Shown: positions 61,422 to 64,000 of the stretch, piece by piece
How positions within the stretch are numbered: position 1 is the stretch's first letter
How the letters are laid out: every line of letters begins with the position of its first letter
NCBI GenBank assembly: GCA_040954595.2
Contig: CM082576.2
Coordinates: forward strand, 1,495,403-1,559,402
Reading direction: 5' to 3'
Source: Balanoglossus misakiensis
Lineage: Eukaryota; Animalia; Hemichordata
Length of the DNA: 64,000 bases
Notes under the pieces: generated by a model
Told to the model about the DNA's origin: nothing
Database searches by the model: none
The model's input: the letters and a program-made list of their open reading frames with translations, nothing else
Translations under genes and position numbers: made by a program

Positions 61422-62129
61422 AGCATGTCACATGATAAATTTGACCTTTGACATTAGAGAACGACATTATTATTTTCTCCTACTGAAACGATCATATAGT
61501 ATGTTGTATGATACACAAAGTATTTCATTATTGTACGTCTGCTGGGTTGATTTGATCACAGCATAATTCAATATAGCATATAAATATTCCCATTAATATT
61601 TTACCTTCTGATTACCCACAAATCAAACTTGCCTCTCGATTTTGATTGGCTAATGAAATGAAATGAGAAGAGGTCATTGACATGACCCGACTGCGCCGAC
61701 TGAAAACAACACTGCTGGTGTGTACGAAGGAAATCTGTGGTGAAAGTGGTCGCTGAGCTGGATGAAATCAATCAGATTGTAAAAGAAGTCCACACAAATG
61801 ATAATGCGAGCGTGAACAGTGCGACTTTAAGGTGACTTAAGTCACCCAGTTAATAGATAGAGGTAACATTTTCTGATCCTATTCACAATGTAGACCAGAT
61901 ACAATGTATCATATAATCATGATGATGCATCACTATGTCAGTGATTGTAAAAGTACTACTACACATCAAGGACATATTACAAAATTAACCTGAACAGACA
62001 CACACATATGTATCGAAAAAGCTGTTTTGACATAGTGCTGTATCACTGGTCAGTTACACAGATATAGTGAAAAAATGTTTCGAACTAATCATACCCATTG
62101 AATTATGAATTTTTTTTTTCAGATTGAAA

Positions 62130-63785
62130 ATGGAAGATTTAGCTCACGATCTTTCATATGCACTGGAAGAATCTTCAACTCAACAGATTGATGTGGATGA
62201 TCAGAACTCGGTTATCTTGACACCGAAACAGTGTCGGAGACTTTCTAGAAAACAACGAGGAAAGAAACGTCGCTCAGATTGCACTTTGATGTGGGACTAT
62301 GGCAATATCAGTGAGGCCTCTGAGTCAAGCCTGGATGAAGCATTGAAAGATTACATGGAAAATGTTACAGCGCAACATAACAGTGATTCAGAAGACTATA
62401 TAGTCAAGCGTTTAGCAACTTTTAACATGTCACTAACAAATGTCATCTGTGGAGAATCAGACTCTGTCACAGAAAATCTCAATTCTGTACCTCCACGTAG
62501 AAGGCGGAGAAGAACCAAAAAAATATCAATGGACACTAGTAGTACTTCATGTGCCACTGTCATCAGTCGCAGTTCATCCCTGCCAGAGTTGGGGAGACAG
62601 AAACAGATTTCCAAAACTGGCAGGAAGGAACGTAAAATTTCAGTGGACGACTCAACAGCAGAAAGTGAACACAGCCAATATCATAAAGAGGTCAAAAAAT
62701 CATCTGATTATAAATCAAAAGTGAAGAGTAAACGGAAAGGCGGAAGAGTAGACGAAATGGAAGTTTGCAAAGTAGAAAATGAAGAAGAGGACACACTTGA
62801 GGAGGAAAATTTATATGATAATGAAATGGATTGTAGTGATGAAGATACTCCCATTGCAAGGGGTAGTGACAGGTATCCAATCTGGCTTGGTTCTCACATG
62901 TCTCAATGATTTGTACAAAATGTACATCTTTAATTGTAGATACACATTTCTGGTCATCAGTTTTCCTTTAAGTAAATTTATGTACCGGATAGCAGACATT
63001 AACTGAGTTGATTAGGTCACTGTGCTAGTTAAACTTTTAAATAACCGAACTGCATAAAGTAAGGTGTATGTGTGTAAGATATTTTCCTTTAAAGAATAGC
63101 AACTGGTGAATTTTTAAGATTACATTGTGATGCAATTCATTCACTTTTTTGCTTCATTTTTTCTCATTTGAAAGTGACACTAGCAGTTTGAGTACCAGCA
63201 CTGATGAAGCAGATTTGTTCACCAATGATGAAGGCAGAGAAGGTACGATATCCCATAATGCAGTAGCCAAGATGTCAAATTTTGTTAATTTAACTTTGTT
63301 GAGAAAGTATAAGTCATTTAGAATGTCATAAATGAATGGCAGCGATGTGTGTCATGCCATCAAATGAATGATTAAATGAGTGATGTTTTGTTTCCTAGGT
63401 GATGATGAGCAGAGTGATTTTTACCATGAACCTGGTACTGTCTATGGTGTCCCTGGAATCATCCCTTGGTGGGAAAGACAAAGGAAACCAGTCGAAGAAA
63501 GTTTTGAAAAGGATCCTCGTTTTGAGTCCATTTTAAATGGTGTCTTTCCACTCATGACCAAATCTGCTCAAAGTGGTAAGTATGTGACTGATCATATTTT
63601 GTCATAAAATACAAGACTCATAGACAGACGTGCTGTATAATCGATTTTATACAAATTTGCAAGTTGGACACTCGTACCATTGTATATGTTGATGTTTGTT
63701 TTCAGGTTTTCAAGCTCGCTTATGTAGACTTCATGGTGTTGAAGATAGTACAATAAGAAAGAGACGGAGAAGACTGAAAGAAAAG
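62130..63785 (+). CDS. GPATCH2: G-patch domain-containing protein 2 / 2-like (5' part; continues beyond the window)
   Basis: Exons 62130-62872 (acceptor at 62122), 63175-63242, 63399-63575, 63706-63785. MEDLAHDLSYALEESS, RKQRGKKRRSD, SEASESSLDEALKDY, ESDSVTEN, LFTNDEGREGDDEQSDF, GVPGIIPWWE and GFQARLCRLHG match GPATCH2/2L. Probable non-coding exon ending ~61831. Confidence 0.92.
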
Positions 63786-64000
63786 GTGAAATTTTTGTAA
63801 ATTTTGTAACTGTTTGGCAAAGCAGAGCAAATTACTGATTAGTGGATAAATAACACGTTTCTTGTATTTTGAAGGAAGTATGAAAATGCTATTCAGATTG
63901 GTGGAATATGTTAATATATGATATTAAGCCTTGAGGCGTCTTTCTTGTTGGAACTCAGAACAAACCTCACAACAGAACAAATTTAATGAAATATTATCTG

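Noticed and set aside
61918-61937. Near-palindrome CATGATGATGCATCACTATG
   Set aside because: No flanking direct repeat; could be chance.
63619-63640. CATAGACAG resembling the footprint terminus in a GPATCH2 intron
   Set aside because: No matching right end or 7-bp duplication found.

Overview
Eukaryotic, AT-rich, intron-containing animal genomic DNA. An invertebrate deuterostome such as a hemichordate is plausible, but this is inference from gene content and repeat style. I reconstructed exons by hand from GT-AG sites and reading-frame phase. Gene order: FoxN2/3 (-, 3' end outside the window, very large introns), EFCAB11 (-), FBXO11 (+, 18 coding exons), four intact tandem arylsulfatase A-like genes (-), IFT43 (+), SPATA17 (-), GPATCH2/2L (+, runs off the end). 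Most ORFs in the supplied track are intronic or antisense noise. Main observations: (1) about 18 RFX X-box-like palindromes are concentrated in the FoxN2/3 locus, whose protein carries an LxxLxWL motif, suggesting an RFX-FoxN ciliary feedback circuit; (2) three tiny palindromic inserts with CANRG ends and exact 7-bp direct flanks look like P-element-superfamily footprints; (3) exon-3 gene-conversion tracts pair the ARSA copies outer/outer and inner/inner; (4) one ARSA copy has lost both cysteines of a single disulfide; (5) the gene order joins neighbour pairs that are split across human paralogous regions. No prokaryotic-type system (CRISPR, operon) or RNA gene was recognised.
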